Assembly: GCA_030704615.1 (NCBI GenBank)
Contig: CM060732.1
Span: 11,966,001-12,030,000, forward strand
DNA: 64,000 bases
DNA from: Takakia lepidozioides
Taxonomy: Eukaryota > Plantae > Bryophyta
Reading direction: 5' to 3'
Position 1 is the stretch's first letter. Every line of letters starts with the position of its first letter. Under the pieces are notes generated by a model. It was not told where the DNA came from, searched no databases, and saw only the letters and a program-made list of their open reading frames with translations. The position numbers and the translations under genes are program-made. This document shows positions 48,826 through 61,547 of this stretch, one piece after another.

Positions 48826-49559
48826 ACTGACAGAAGAAATAATCAGAGTGTGTAACTGGCTGACCGAAAGAAATATCGAACCTCCACTGGGTAGTGGAGG
48901 TTCCCAATTATTGTATTCCAGTCTCGTTGGAAAGTATGTGTCACACTTACAATGTTACACATATGATTCCATCACTCGTTCCCACATCGTCTCACACTGA
49001 TTTTCATTTTTCTCCGAATTATCCGATTTCGTCCTACTTTAAAAAAATGTCTTTCAGCTTCCCCATACAGAATTCACGCGAACCTCCACTGGGCAGTGGA
49101 GGTTCCAATTTTTTGTTCCTCATGTGCATGACATGGGTCTACGAATAGTCTACTCTGGCCTGCACGAAGCCTACTGTTAGCCTATGTCTAATGTAGAATA
49201 CAAATAGACTAGGCTATCGTGGTTTTTCAGAATTGCCAAATTCGACAAAATTGGATAAGAAATGAAAATTTCCATTTAGAATCGAATTTGAATGGGAAGA
49301 AATGCATCAACTATTGATTGACAAGAACAAACTAACGCTGGATTTGGGGATCAAGAAAACGGTTGAGAAATAAACATCCGGACATTTCTGAAACCACTGT
49401 CCTCAAAAAACCACCACATTGAACAAAACAAGCAATACAACCAGCACGGTAATCTCCGCCACCCTAAACCATTACCCTAATCGACCAGAACAAGCACACA
49501 CACACCCTATTGCGCACAAAACCACCACACAAAACCACCATGCAAACCATCGGTGAATT

Positions 49560-49800
49560 GAAAAACAACAGTGAAGCAATGAAGCAGGAGTGCACTGAAG
49601 CATAGAATGGAGCAGGAGTGGAATGAATTGACAGAGAATGAAGCAGGAATGAAGCAAACAACGAAGTAGACAATGAAACAGAAACCTAATGTGCACTGAA
49701 GCACGGACTGAAGCACTGAAGCAGAGATGAGAGTGCACTGAAGACAGTGCAGTGCAGCATAGAATGAAGCAGGATCCAAATGAATTGAATCGAGAAGAGG
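49560..49800. repeat. Low-complexity GAAGCA/GAATG-rich repeat
   Basis: Directly visible; probably 5'UTR or intron of the minus-strand gene. Confidence 0.7.
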
Positions 49801-52059
49801 CCACATGAATCGAGAGCGGACCAACACAAAATTGAGAACATGCCAACACAAAACATGAAACAGAAGACGAAAAGAGGGAGTTTTCAATGTTGTACCTGCT
49901 TGTGCCGGCCATTTTGGTGTGCTCTCGCCTCTGCACTCGTCAATCTCCACTTGTCACTGTCCTGTCTCTCCTCCCCGCTCTTCAAATTTTGTCTATTTCA
50001 CTCTCTCACCTTTCACCCTCTTCTCTCTCTGCACTCGGCCAAATCTGCTCTCTTTCTCTCCAAGCTCTAGTGTCCAGTCGCTGCAAGACGCGCTCCAAAA
50101 CTTCTCTCTTCCACGCCCTCCTCTCTCAACTGTCAAGCTCTCATTCGCGTAGCGCTTACGCGTAGAAAATGGGAAGCCCAAAGGCCGGGTTTAAAGAGCG
50201 CACTCCTTATAAGCGACCTTCAGGGATGATCTGAACCATCGCCTCCCTCCCAAATCGAACGGTCGCGTGGCCCAAATGGATGTTCTGCCCCATCCACGCA
50301 AACTAACATTAATATTGTCCATCCACACAGATGAAATTAGTTCCAAATTTGTTCCAAATTGACAGACGAATGCCACACATGTTTGGACAGACAACTTGAC
50401 AGACGAATGAAAAAAAGACAAAATGACTGTAATGATGCCATTGATCAGACTCTGCAACCCTCACGCTTACAAAAATCTTAAAATAGATTCGAAGCTGCCA
50501 AACCTTAACCCACGCCCCAAACGCACATGTGACCTGCCTAGGCACTCATTTCAAAGGCAATCTGCCAGAAGATACAGCGCTGTACCTACGGATTCGTCAC
50601 ACAGTATAATCATTGTCTCATTATGAGCCGTCCACAATCACTTACGGCTATTAGCCGCCAGGCGTCAATATTCCCTGACAACACCCGTAAGTGTCATGTG
50701 ACGTACGACTTTAAGGATAATTGATGGCCCCTCGTGTCGTGCATTCCTCGATTTAAGGTCCAGAGCCAGAGGGACTGCCCATTTATCGAGGGATACCCGA
50801 CACGAGGGGTCCATCCTAACGTTAAACATGTGCAAGCAAGCAAGGCACGGCAGAGCATTCCGCACCGCCCTCGCTGTCCAATGCAATGCGCCGGCGTGTA
50901 ATGCCTTGCCCTGCCCAAGTGTTTTATTCACTATAACAGCACGATAAATATAAACAGAAAAAACTCAAAGTGCTTTATGGTTCACCTCCGGATTCCTCTC
51001 TCAGCCACTTGTCAGAATCGGCATCCTTCACGCTTATTTCAGAGTCTGCTGTCAGAGTCGCACGATAATGTTGCCAGACATGTAGTCCTACTAACGTACA
51101 AGTACGATAGAATTCAATCTGATCGCGGCCGTTATCGTTGTTCCATAATTAATGTGACAATGGATGTTGTCAATAAATGAAAAATTGTGCACACTTTCAA
51201 TGAAGCCGTGATTTCGCGAGTTGAAATAAGCCGTTCGATTCCGCCTTAATACACGATGGCCACAATCGATCCGGGAGAGAAAGCATACTACACTGCCATT
51301 GGAGCGATTCAAGATGAAAGTTACTTGTCACCTTTATATAACGTCCGACTCCACACAGCACCAACTGCGAACCTCTCACTTGCTTCTTTTCTCTCGCGCA
51401 CCTCTCTGGACATCCTGCACCTCTCTTGACAACGTGCACCTCTTTGCCTGTCCTGCACCACTCTGCCCATAAGGTACTTTTGAAGCAGCCTCTGAGTCTC
51501 TCTCTGCTTCCTTAACCTCGGGTGTCAACTGCACATTTCTCACGTAGGATAATATGATATTTTTTTCTTTGTATACTCCATGTGCACCAGCTAAACTTGC
51601 TTTTGTTTGTCTAAAGTTACTCCCAAACCTCCACTGGGCAGTCGCCACATTATTATTCATCCATCCCTAGAATCAATTTATCATCTACAGAGGGCCTCTT
51701 CATTATCCATTGTTCATCCATGTGGTTGATCTCATCAATAGATATCATCCAACCTCCATTGTCTAGTGGAGGTTGGCATTTGTGACTTCTTCTGACAGTT
51801 CATATAGATGTAGTCACATTGTTCTATACTCCGCCCTCATACTCCACTTCAATTCCAATTGTCTTTCATCAGTCTCGGGATAGATCCAAACATTGACTTT
51901 ACTTTTTCAAACCATATTGTTTTTCTCATTCAAAACCGTCGAAAAAATTCTACTTCAACTCCTCCTTTCGGTGGCACGACGTTCTTTTCTTCAGTTAATC
52001 TTCCTTCCCGTAATCCGATTTTATTGAACCTCCACTGCCCAGTGGAGGTTACTAAATTC

Positions 52060-53973
52060 ATGGGGTTTCAAGTAGGCCAAAGGGTGTTTCTGTTGCTTCC
52101 TGGATCTCCGTCAGTGGTTACATCAGGAGATTGCCTGAATGTCTTTGGAGAAGGAACTTGCCACGGACACCACTTGTGTTCGTCTACCATTTCAGTTACC
52201 CTGATCTTTTGTGATGACGCATTCGGCTCCTGTCCTCTGCCTTATCGACACATGGATGTTGACTCCAGTTGTGTGGGACGTCTCCTGTGTTCACCCGCAT
52301 GAAACTGTGGATTCAACATCTCAACAAAACCTGGGATTTCATTCCATCACAGAAGATAGTGATTATCAAGGACAATTCACTGAAAGCAATGAAATTCTGT
52401 CGGGTGATTGCAAACTAGAGTGGACCAAAATGGCAGATCATGAGTCTATAAAGAGTATATAAAGGAGGATGTGGCGAATCCTCAACCATCGGGTTTGCTT
52501 CAACTGACAATCTTGACTGTCTATTATTGACTGTTAAAACCAAGATTTTTAAATTGCGATAATATCAATTCACAAATGTTTTTTTGAAATTTGATCATAA
52601 TCAACTCTGCATTTATGGTGAATGAATGCGCTAATGAAAAAAGTTTTGTTATTTCAAAAGAATTCATTTTCGACACTGAAGTTCAAAATGATTTTTTTGA
52701 AACGCTCATGAAAGATAAATCGAGATGTTTGGAGGCTCTGAAACCCTGCAGGCCGCAAGATAAACGTGGTGCTCGACCACTTCCTAGACGACTTTATTTG
52801 CAGATGGACAACTCCTCCAAGAATAATAAGAACAGATGGATGCTTGCTTTCATATCCCTCCTCACTGCCAAAGATGTCTTTGAAGAGATCCAGCTTGGTT
52901 TTCTCATGGTCGGGCACACCCATGAGGATATTGACGGATTCTTTAGTTATCTCTCGAAGAAGCTAAAGGAACGTAGCACCTACATCCTTCCAGATTTGAT
53001 GAGGTCATTCATGATCTCCCAAGATATGTAATTCATTCCTCAAATTATTCAGGAGGTTCCCGACTTCAAGAAGTTTGTTAAGGGTTGTATTCTTGATGGA
53101 AAGGAGGCTTTGGTCAGGATCTCAGAGATGCACGACTTTCGGTTTTTTAAGGATGCGGATGGTTGGCCCGTTATGAAGTACAAGAAGTCAGCTACTGATT
53201 CGGAGTGGCTTCCTACAAATTCCAGCATTCAAATGTGGAAGTCCAACGCTGATGGGACTCCAAATCTCCCTGAAGGAGACCCAGATGTTGTTCCAAGAAG
53301 ACCGATATGGGGAGTCGGGGACGACTCCTCCGAAAAACAGTCCTTCATAAAAAATGGTATTAAGAAATACAGAGATTTTTGGACCAAAGGAATGTTGTTT
53401 GACGATCATGACCGGGGTGTAATGGAACAATACGACCAATACTGGGGAAATATTCTCGCCAAACTTGATAAGCCAATGCAGGAAATTCCGGATAGTATTC
53501 AGCTTTTTGAGGGATTCTGGCCGAAAACAAATTGGTCCTTAAACCATCGGAGGGATGGCATCCAGCCACAGATAGTGGAAGATATGGAAGATGAGGATGA
53601 AGTTCCAGAACCTTACTGTGGCCCTAGGTGCAAGCGTCCAATGATACCCTTGAATCCGTTCAAGGATATTGAGAAAGGGTTTTTTGTGCTCGTTCGCCCT
53701 CATGACCCAACGACGTGCCCGGTCTGGATGGGAATGGAAATTTCAGATGTCATCCGAGAAAGGGAGGATCCTAATTTTAAGAAAGTGAAGGTGGAGTGGT
53801 GGAGACCGAAGAAAAGAGGTAACCCCTCAGACTTTGAGAGGTATAGGGACTGCGTCAAAAGTTTGGGAGTACAACCTGTCAGATCCTGCTCAATGGATCC
53901 ACGTGAACAATGCCGCCACGAAAAAATACGACAAGAAATAGCACCAAGAAAATTCCAGCGGTGGAAGCAGTGA
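52060..53973 (+). pseudogene. Sola1-like DDD transposase remnant (N-terminal catalytic part apparently deleted)
   Basis: LYLQMDN..KNNKNRWM...F..IQLGFLMVGHTHEDIDGFFS (~52790-52950); FRFFK..GWP.MKYK; C-terminal FVLVRP...VWMG...KVKVEWW. Confidence 0.7.
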
Positions 53974-54559
53974 AGGCGCGCGCGAATTTGGAGGACGTTA
54001 ACCTTCAGCCAGATATCTGAAGGTTGCCTTCTTGCGAACCACTTTCCGTCCATGGACTAAATGTTGAGGTCATTTCCGGTCCTTCGAAAAAAATTCTTCA
54101 CATTTTTTTCCCTTCATGTTTGCGTTGGGGGATCCTTCCTGTTTTCTTTTTCTGTCGCACTGAACCTCGAGTGGGCAGTGGACGTTTTTATTTTTTGTTT
54201 TTTGGACGGGCTGGACTCTGCACTGCTGTACATTATGTTCATCTACAAATATTCGTGTGGGGGATTCTGGCTTACAAAACAGACAGTGCACCCCAAGAAA
54301 AAAAATGCTGGCTCAACCCCTGAAGTCTTTCTTTTCCAATCCGGTCTAAATGTTTTTTTTCCAATGTCTCGTCATTGCGCCAATTCCAGTCCGTCTCTCA
54401 GTGCTTGCACTTGACTCAAGCCAAGTCTCCAACTGAGATATCCCACTAAGAAGACCCTCACCCTATCATTATTGCTATACTTTTCAATTTGCCACTCCTT
54501 AACTTATACCTCTCATGTTCTCCTCCTTTTCCTGGACCTCTAAGCGAGCCTATGTCTAG

Positions 54560-55800
54560 CGACAAACGGTCTTCCATGTTTGTTTGTCCATTTCTAACTT
54601 AAACCAAAACCCCTACCTTAGTAAACCCTTATCCTAGTAAAAACCCTTTACCCTAAATCCTTTAGTAACCCTAAAAGATCTTTAAGCATTTATCCCTAAA
54701 CCCTTACCATTCCTTTTGCAAAATTTTGGATTGTACTATCATGGACCATACCATAACCAATAATGGTTATGGACCTTATGGTAATCCAAATCTCTTCACC
54801 TTTCTTTTTTGCGCTACTTTTCTCGTTTGTTTTGGATTCACATGCACTTAATACCAAGTTTATATACTAGTGTGCTTTCTATGTATCTTAAGACCAGGTT
54901 CCAACGACGAGTCGTTAATTTAAATATTTGTCCGTCTCAATGACTCTTCCATAATATTTGTTTCTCCATTTTTATTTTTATTTTTAAATTTACCATAATT
55001 ATACACACCAAGATCTAGTGAGTGCGAGTCTTCCATATTTGTTTGTCTATTTATACCTTTACCATTACTCTTACCATATACCAAAAACCAGGTTAGTGTA
55101 CTACCCTACTTACGCTCCAAACCAGGTTAGTGTACTACCATGTGTGAGTGTTCCATATTTATTTGTCCCTTTCTACCCTAAATCCAAACCCTAAACCCTT
55201 ACCCTTCCCTTTACCCTAAGATTAAGCCTGACACTTACTACCCTAAACCATTAGTACTCTTACCATATACCAAAAAACCAGGTTAGTGTACTACCCTACT
55301 TACACTCCAAACTAAGTTATTGTACTACCATGTGTGAGTCTTCCATATTTGTTTGTCCCTTTCTATCCTAAATCCAAACCCTAAACCCTTACCCTTCCCC
55401 TTACCATTCCCTTAATCCTTACCCTAAGCTTAAACGTGATCTTTAGCACCTTAAACCATTACTCTTACCATATACCAAAAACCTTAGTGTAGTACCCTAC
55501 TTAAACTCCAAACCTTATTGTACTACCATGTTACCTCTTGTAAAATCTGTATCATTCTCGTTTAATGTTTTCTTTAATTTTGTTGCATAACGTATGATAG
55601 AATGATTATATGGATATCAAATTCCCCTTACATTTTTACATACTACGGAGATGAGTCTTCCATATTTGTTTCTCTCTTTCTACCCTAAACCCTTAAAAAC
55701 CCTAAACCCTTCTCCGAGTCACCACAAATTTGGACCTTATTGCACTTAATATATCTAGTTACACCCCAAACCTTATTTTACTACCCTAGTAGGTCATCTT
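54560..55800. repeat. AT-rich ~190-bp tandem repeat with interspersed CCCTAAA telomere-like motifs
   Basis: The unit tactcttaccatataccaaaaacc...gtactaccatg...cttccatatttgtttgtc...accctaaaccctt repeats about 3 times (55060-55530), with degenerate flanking copies. Confidence 0.75.
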
Positions 55801-58800
55801 CCTAATGTTTCAAGCTATTTTAATATTTTACTGCCATTCTCACACCCAAAACATCATTCCAATGGCATTGTCTCTGAATATTGTGCTTGTCAACATGAAG
55901 ATTCAATCAAAATTACTATCAAGTTATATCGAGTATGGTAGAGTATGAGTCTACCCCATGTTCGATTCGACACATTTGTTTATCGTGATTACATAATGTA
56001 ATATTACATCATTCGACTTCCTAGTGGACGTTCAATGAATTGTTCAGTACTGCAACTTCACAAGCACTTCAATAATCAAATGGACATCTTATATGTCACA
56101 TTTTGAAGCAAGTATGACATCACTTGTAATTTCACAAAGTTCAATCACACATTACACCATGATATTATTAACATTTGAATTAATTTTAATTCAAATATAT
56201 ATTAAGTTTGGTCCGGATTTAAGCCAAAAGTCCAGAATTAGTTAAAATAGGGTTTGATCATTATCAAATTTATGAAGATGCTAATGACCACTGTAAATAC
56301 CATTATTATTGTTGTTCTAGTTTTGAAAAAAAACACCTAGAAACAACAGCTCACAAATCAGGCCTGTTCAATAGTGAAAGGAGAAATAACCTTTTTCAGA
56401 ATAACCTTGCCATGAGATGCCAAGCACAAGGCTTAAGAGACACCGCTCAAAAGAAAAGGGAAGAAAAACATACCACACCCAACAATGTATCAGGATTTTG
56501 AACCAAGATCACATGAGTGGCATTCAATTCTCTATCCAATTGAGCTACTGACTGGTGGAACCATTTATTAATAAAAATTTACAAATGTGAATAACTTCAA
56601 CTTAATTTTATCAAGACAATTAAAGTTAGAAGGTGATTTTCAAGTGTATCAATGTCTCACAATTCATTTATATCTATGTTGATCTCATGCAACAAATTAA
56701 CAATTCATTGCATGCCGTATTTTATGGACATTGTTATCCGTAATCGTCTACTAGTGTGGAGCAACGCGGAGCCCTTACATGTTTTTAATTTTTTTTTTCA
56801 CATGAAACATCCAAGAGATGGCCCAATAGTTAAGGCACATGACCACCTTACAAGTGGTCCTGGGTTCAAAGCCATATAGTGTGTATGTTGGATGTCATCC
56901 ATAGGGTATACACTCTCAACTTGTATGGGTACACATGGACTTCGAGTCCTTGAGGAAGGGTTGGGCGACCCAGTTGCCCCGGTTACTGCCATTAGAAGGT
57001 GTTCATTTCCGAAAAGGCAGGCAATAGTCCTTCCGGTGAAATGACACCATACGGTACGCTTGTTGTGGCAAGCCTTCTTTCTTCACATGTTTGCAGTGTT
57101 TTTTTTTTTTTTCATATTTGCTAAATCGCTGGCGGGGCCACCTGTGAATTCCACCTAGTGCCTATGTGGCGAGAATATCGAGGTGACAAAGTTAGAAAAG
57201 TGGCTATATTCCAGGTGTCACGTTTTCATTGGTCCACGTCGGCAAGATTAGGCTCCTGAAATTTATCTCCTGGTGCTTTTTGGCGAAAATCTTGGATTTT
57301 ACCCCCCATAATTCCGTTGTACAAGTAGCTGACCGAGTTTCCAGGTCGAAATCTGGCGATTTTCCGCTAGAAAGAAAAACACTACATGTTTGGTGCATAT
57401 TTTGGGTATTTCAATTTTCACATATGTTGGTGTGTTGCATAGGAGTCCGGTCCCATCATTTAATTGATCACATCATCAGCATGAACCTCCAAACGTTTGT
57501 AATGAAATCATAGCACTACTTCAAACAACAAGACATTGTTCAATATGAAAGAATCTCACGTGCATATCCAAATCAAACAAAAGAGTGTCAATAGAGCCCC
57601 GTTTGGTGGGGAGGGGGTTTTCAAGAAAAAGTTCAAACTGTCCCCACCACCACCATTGCATGATCTAGAGACAACATTGCCACATTCATTCGCAACAATC
57701 TAACTTATGGGGCATGCAATCATATGGGGCCATGTGCATTGTCATTTCTCCTCGCATGTAGTCATGGTCATGTGGTCCCACAAGCAATCGCTATACATCT
57801 TTCAGACAAGTTCCTACATGTTGATTTTCCATTAGTTTATATCCCCCCGGTTCGTGGATGATTGTATTTTTCGCACATCTTCCTACATGTCAATTCTTCG
57901 TTCATTCATTTTTTTAAAATTTTGCGCTGTTTCTTTTTACACTGGGCCTGTTGTTGCATGTCCACTACTGGAACCGGTTCCACTTATTTTTATTTTCTCT
58001 CATATTACGCTTCGAATCCTATCAAAAATCACACCATAACCATGTGACGTCAAAATGAAGCAGACGCAAGTGCATCATAGAAGTAATGTCGAGCAGAAAA
58101 TCATAATCGCATACACACAATACAACATATGATACATAAGATCCCTGTATAAAACTATATGTAGTCCACTATGGATGCCTTCATAGTCTCTTCTTCATTG
58201 CACCTGACCTACACCTGAACTAGTTGACACTCTCTCTTGGCTATAGCTCAAGCCTCACCAACAATCCCATCAACCAACTCCCCCAACCGGCCATCCTCAC
58301 AATCCGATGACTGGGCACCAAGTAACTTGTAATGTATCCCCAACACCAAAGACTTCTTCTTCAGAACTGGTCAATAAAAGTTTCCCCAACAGAGTAGAGT
58401 TGGCCAATATAGCCGCCAAGTGGGCTAACTAGGCCCTGTCTTGGAGTGTGGGGCCACATGCAAAATATTGGGAAGGGAGTGGGCACTTGCCGGTGTTGTG
58501 CAAAATGCGTTGGGATGCCTCAGTGTGTTGCACGGCACTCATCCTCATCCTCATCCTCGCCTCATCCACACCTTCTCACATCTCAAGTCTTTGTCCACCC
58601 TGCTTTACCTGATTTTAACTATCCAGCCACTTGGGGTGCATATGGGGACACCTTTATACTAGTACACGTCTAGCCTATTCTATCTCCTTGGATTGTGGAA
58701 AACACTCATTTCATAAATTTTTATCATTTTCCAAGAAAAACATTGGCTGTCTGAAAATCACAAAAGTAGTTAGTGACCTAGTGACTGTCCTTCAGTGTAT

Positions 58801-59771
58801 GTATGTTATAGTGGAAATTGTGGGGAGGGTGGAGAGCAGGGGTGTGCATTGGTCGTGACTGATACAAAACCGTGAAAACAACACAGTAAAAGAAATTAGA
58901 TAGTGGTGTTTGGGTTTTTTCTATACAGGGCAAAGTTACTGGGTCGAGAAAAAGTGGGTGCGAGCCCCCTCGTGCCAAAAATGCCACTGTCGTTACTCGA
59001 CTTAACCCTTAAACTAGGAGGCCACCCGAGTCGGTAGCTAACCTCGTCCAAAACCACTACTACAAGAAATATGCCTAAGAAAACATTTCTCTTACAAGAA
59101 TTAATTTTCTGTATGGGCAATGTAATTCCAAACCCATCCCAAGTTCTTTCTTATTGGCTCCTCCCTAAGGAGAGACCAGTAGGTTGTTTTCTCCTAATGT
59201 ACCTTCTCTTGTTAATACCTATCTATCAAGATCATACCTTCCCCAATAAATAGCCATTTTTAGTATACTCTAAATTCTCATCCCTCTATTGTTACTCATT
59301 CATTCATAACTTGGTGAGTGCTATAATTTCATTGTATTCAGTTCCTTTCAGATATATCCCTTTAGTTTTAGTATATTCAGTTCCCTTCAGATTTATCCCT
59401 TTAGTTTTTTTTTTTTTTCATTTTTTGAACATGGAGTTTTATTGGCTCCTCTTTATTCTAAAGAGGAGACTACACATCAGTGTGAAAAATGGCTAAGCCC
59501 CTGTTTTACCTTCCCAAGGTGTCACCTCCTCTCCTTTGTTAAGAAAACTACTCCCAAGGTGTTGCCTCCCTCATGTAACATCTCTCTTATTGAACAATTT
59601 ATAGAGAATAAATAGATGAATTTTAGGTGTATTATGGATGAAAGTAGATTTCGTTATTCACGCGACTAGCTGCTTGTTATATTCAGTTCCTTTCAGATTT
59701 ATCCCTTCAGTTCTATTATATTCATTTTCTCTCAATTTATCAGAATGACTTCCGTTATATTCAGTTCGCTT

Positions 59772-60432
59772 CTCATTGTTGAATAATTGGGAGTTTAAGG
59801 CTCACGTATGCGCCAGGCAGTGGGCCCCATGCACGGACGTCTGGCGCCCCTGGGTGGCCCCGCCACGACCCATGACCCGGCCCGGGTAGGTCTGCCGCGA
59901 GACTTGGCCCGGGTGGGTCTGCCACCAAGTATGGTCTACCGCGAGGTAGGGTCCGCAGGCCTTGACCCCAGGCGAGACTCAGCCCGGGTGGGTCTGCCAC
60001 CAGGGTCAGGGCCTACGGACCCTACCTCGCGGCAGACCATACCTAGGCGACATTGGGGCTGACTGCGGCTGTTTTCTAGGTTAAGACATAAAAAAAGTGT
60101 TGGGGTAGTAGCAAGCAACAGGTAGTGTGGTGGTTGGGTGCATTGAGTGGCACCTATGAGGTTGTGAGTTCAATTTTGGCTGCGCCAAATGTGCATTAAT
60201 GATGGTTCCAACTGGCGCCGCATGTGTATTAATGACCCTCCTATTGATGGGCGAGTTTTCCCACAAAAAATTCGAGTCCCGGCAGCGGCGCGACGAGCAG
60301 ACCCGGACCCTCGGGCTGCATGGGGCCCGCTCCCTGGCGCATACGCGGATTTCGATCCTTTTCTTCCATGGTATGGTATATGGTCTATTTCAAATGCTTT
60401 GCGCCTTAAACTCCCAATTATTAAAAAATGAG
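59772..60432. mobile_element. MITE-like element with imperfect terminal inverted repeats
   Basis: ctcattgttgaataattgggagtttaagg...cgtatgcgccagg..gggccccatgca on the left; its reverse complement at 60316-60432. Confidence 0.6.
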
Positions 60433-61020
60433 AGGCTATTTAGTTCATTTCAATTTTATCACATTAAATTCCATTATATTCAGTGCTTTTCAAATTTATC
60501 CCTCCAATTCCACATTCAAATTTATATTTTCAGTCACGTTCATGCTTACGCGTATTTAGTATCTACCCGGGATCATAGTCTCTTGGTTTCTGCTCCATTG
60601 GTATCTCCAACACGGTCCTCTGTGTGTTTAGGCCTCATAGCAGCCTTTTGGGCATGTAAGGGTTTTTATTTTTTCCCCTTCAATAATTCTAATAAAGCTC
60701 TCCAGGGCTTCCTCCCAAACCCCCCCCCCCCCCCCCTTATATATATATATATATATATCGCATTTTATTTTATTTTATTAATATTTTTTCTATCAAGGTG
60801 AAAATATAAGTTTTTTGATTTTTTTGATTTTTTTCCTGTTAATTGTTTTCCTCGGAGATTATTGTTAGTGACGGTTTCGATTTCCTGTTGGAAATATTTA
60901 TTATTTTCTTTCAATAAAATCAAAACCGCCCACACTAGCATTTGTAATTAAGGTGGAGCCATTACGCGACTAGCAACTTGTTTTTGGAGTATTTATAAAT
61001 TGGTTATGAATTTGTTACGC

Positions 61021-61547
61021 TTCTCATTGTTGAATAATTGGGAGTTTAAGGCTCACGTGTGCGCCAGGCAGCGGGCCCTATGCACGGACGTCGGGCGCCC
61101 CTGGGTGGCCCCGCCACGACCCATGACCCGGCCCGGGTGGGTCTGCCGCGAGGATGGGTCTGCCGCGAGGTAGGGTCCGCAGGCCTTGACCCTAGGCGAG
61201 ACTCAGCCCGGGCGGGTCTGCCGCAAGGATGGGTTTGCCACCAGGTATGGTCTGCCGCGAGGTAGGGTCCGTAGGCCCTGACCCTAGGCGGCATTGGGGC
61301 TGACTGCGGCTGTTTTCTAGGTTAAGGCATAAAAAAAATGTTGGGGTAGCAGCAAGCAGCGGGTAGTGTGGTGGTTGGGTGCATTGAGTGGTACTTATGA
61401 GGTCGTGAGTTCAACTTTGGCTACACCAAATGTGCATTAATGATGGGTCCGGCTGGCGCTGCATGTGTATTAATGACCCTCTTTTTGATGGGCGAGTTTT
61501 CCCGCAAAAAATTCGAAGTCCCCCGTTGCGGCGCGACGAGCAGACCC
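61021..61547. mobile_element. Second, right-truncated copy of the MITE-like element
   Basis: Colinear with 59772-60304 and diverges after gcagaccc. Confidence 0.7.

Larger units (their letters stand above)
46769..52050. repeat. Seven dispersed copies of the 24-bp palindrome AACCTCCACTG-NN-CAGTGGAGGTT
   Basis: Copies at 46769, 47904, 48879, 49081, 51626 (partial), 51751 and 52027. Confidence 0.92.
42350..54420. mobile_element. Sola1-like (DUF7869-type) DNA transposon relic with a divergent cargo gene; ends not defined
   Basis: Transposase remnant on +, cargo gene on -, and a shared 24-bp palindrome on both sides of the divergent spacer. No TIR or TSD was found. Confidence 0.55.

Noticed and set aside
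49464-50181. Overlapping Cys/Phe/Ser-rich ORFs
   Set aside because: They are products of low-complexity GAAGCA and CT-rich repeats.
46769-52050. 24-bp palindromes as a CRISPR array
   Set aside because: Spacing is irregular (0.1-2.5 kb), there are no cas genes, and the context is eukaryotic and intron-containing.
54560-55800. True telomere or interstitial telomeric array
   Set aside because: CCCTAAA motifs are isolated within longer units and never form a continuous array.
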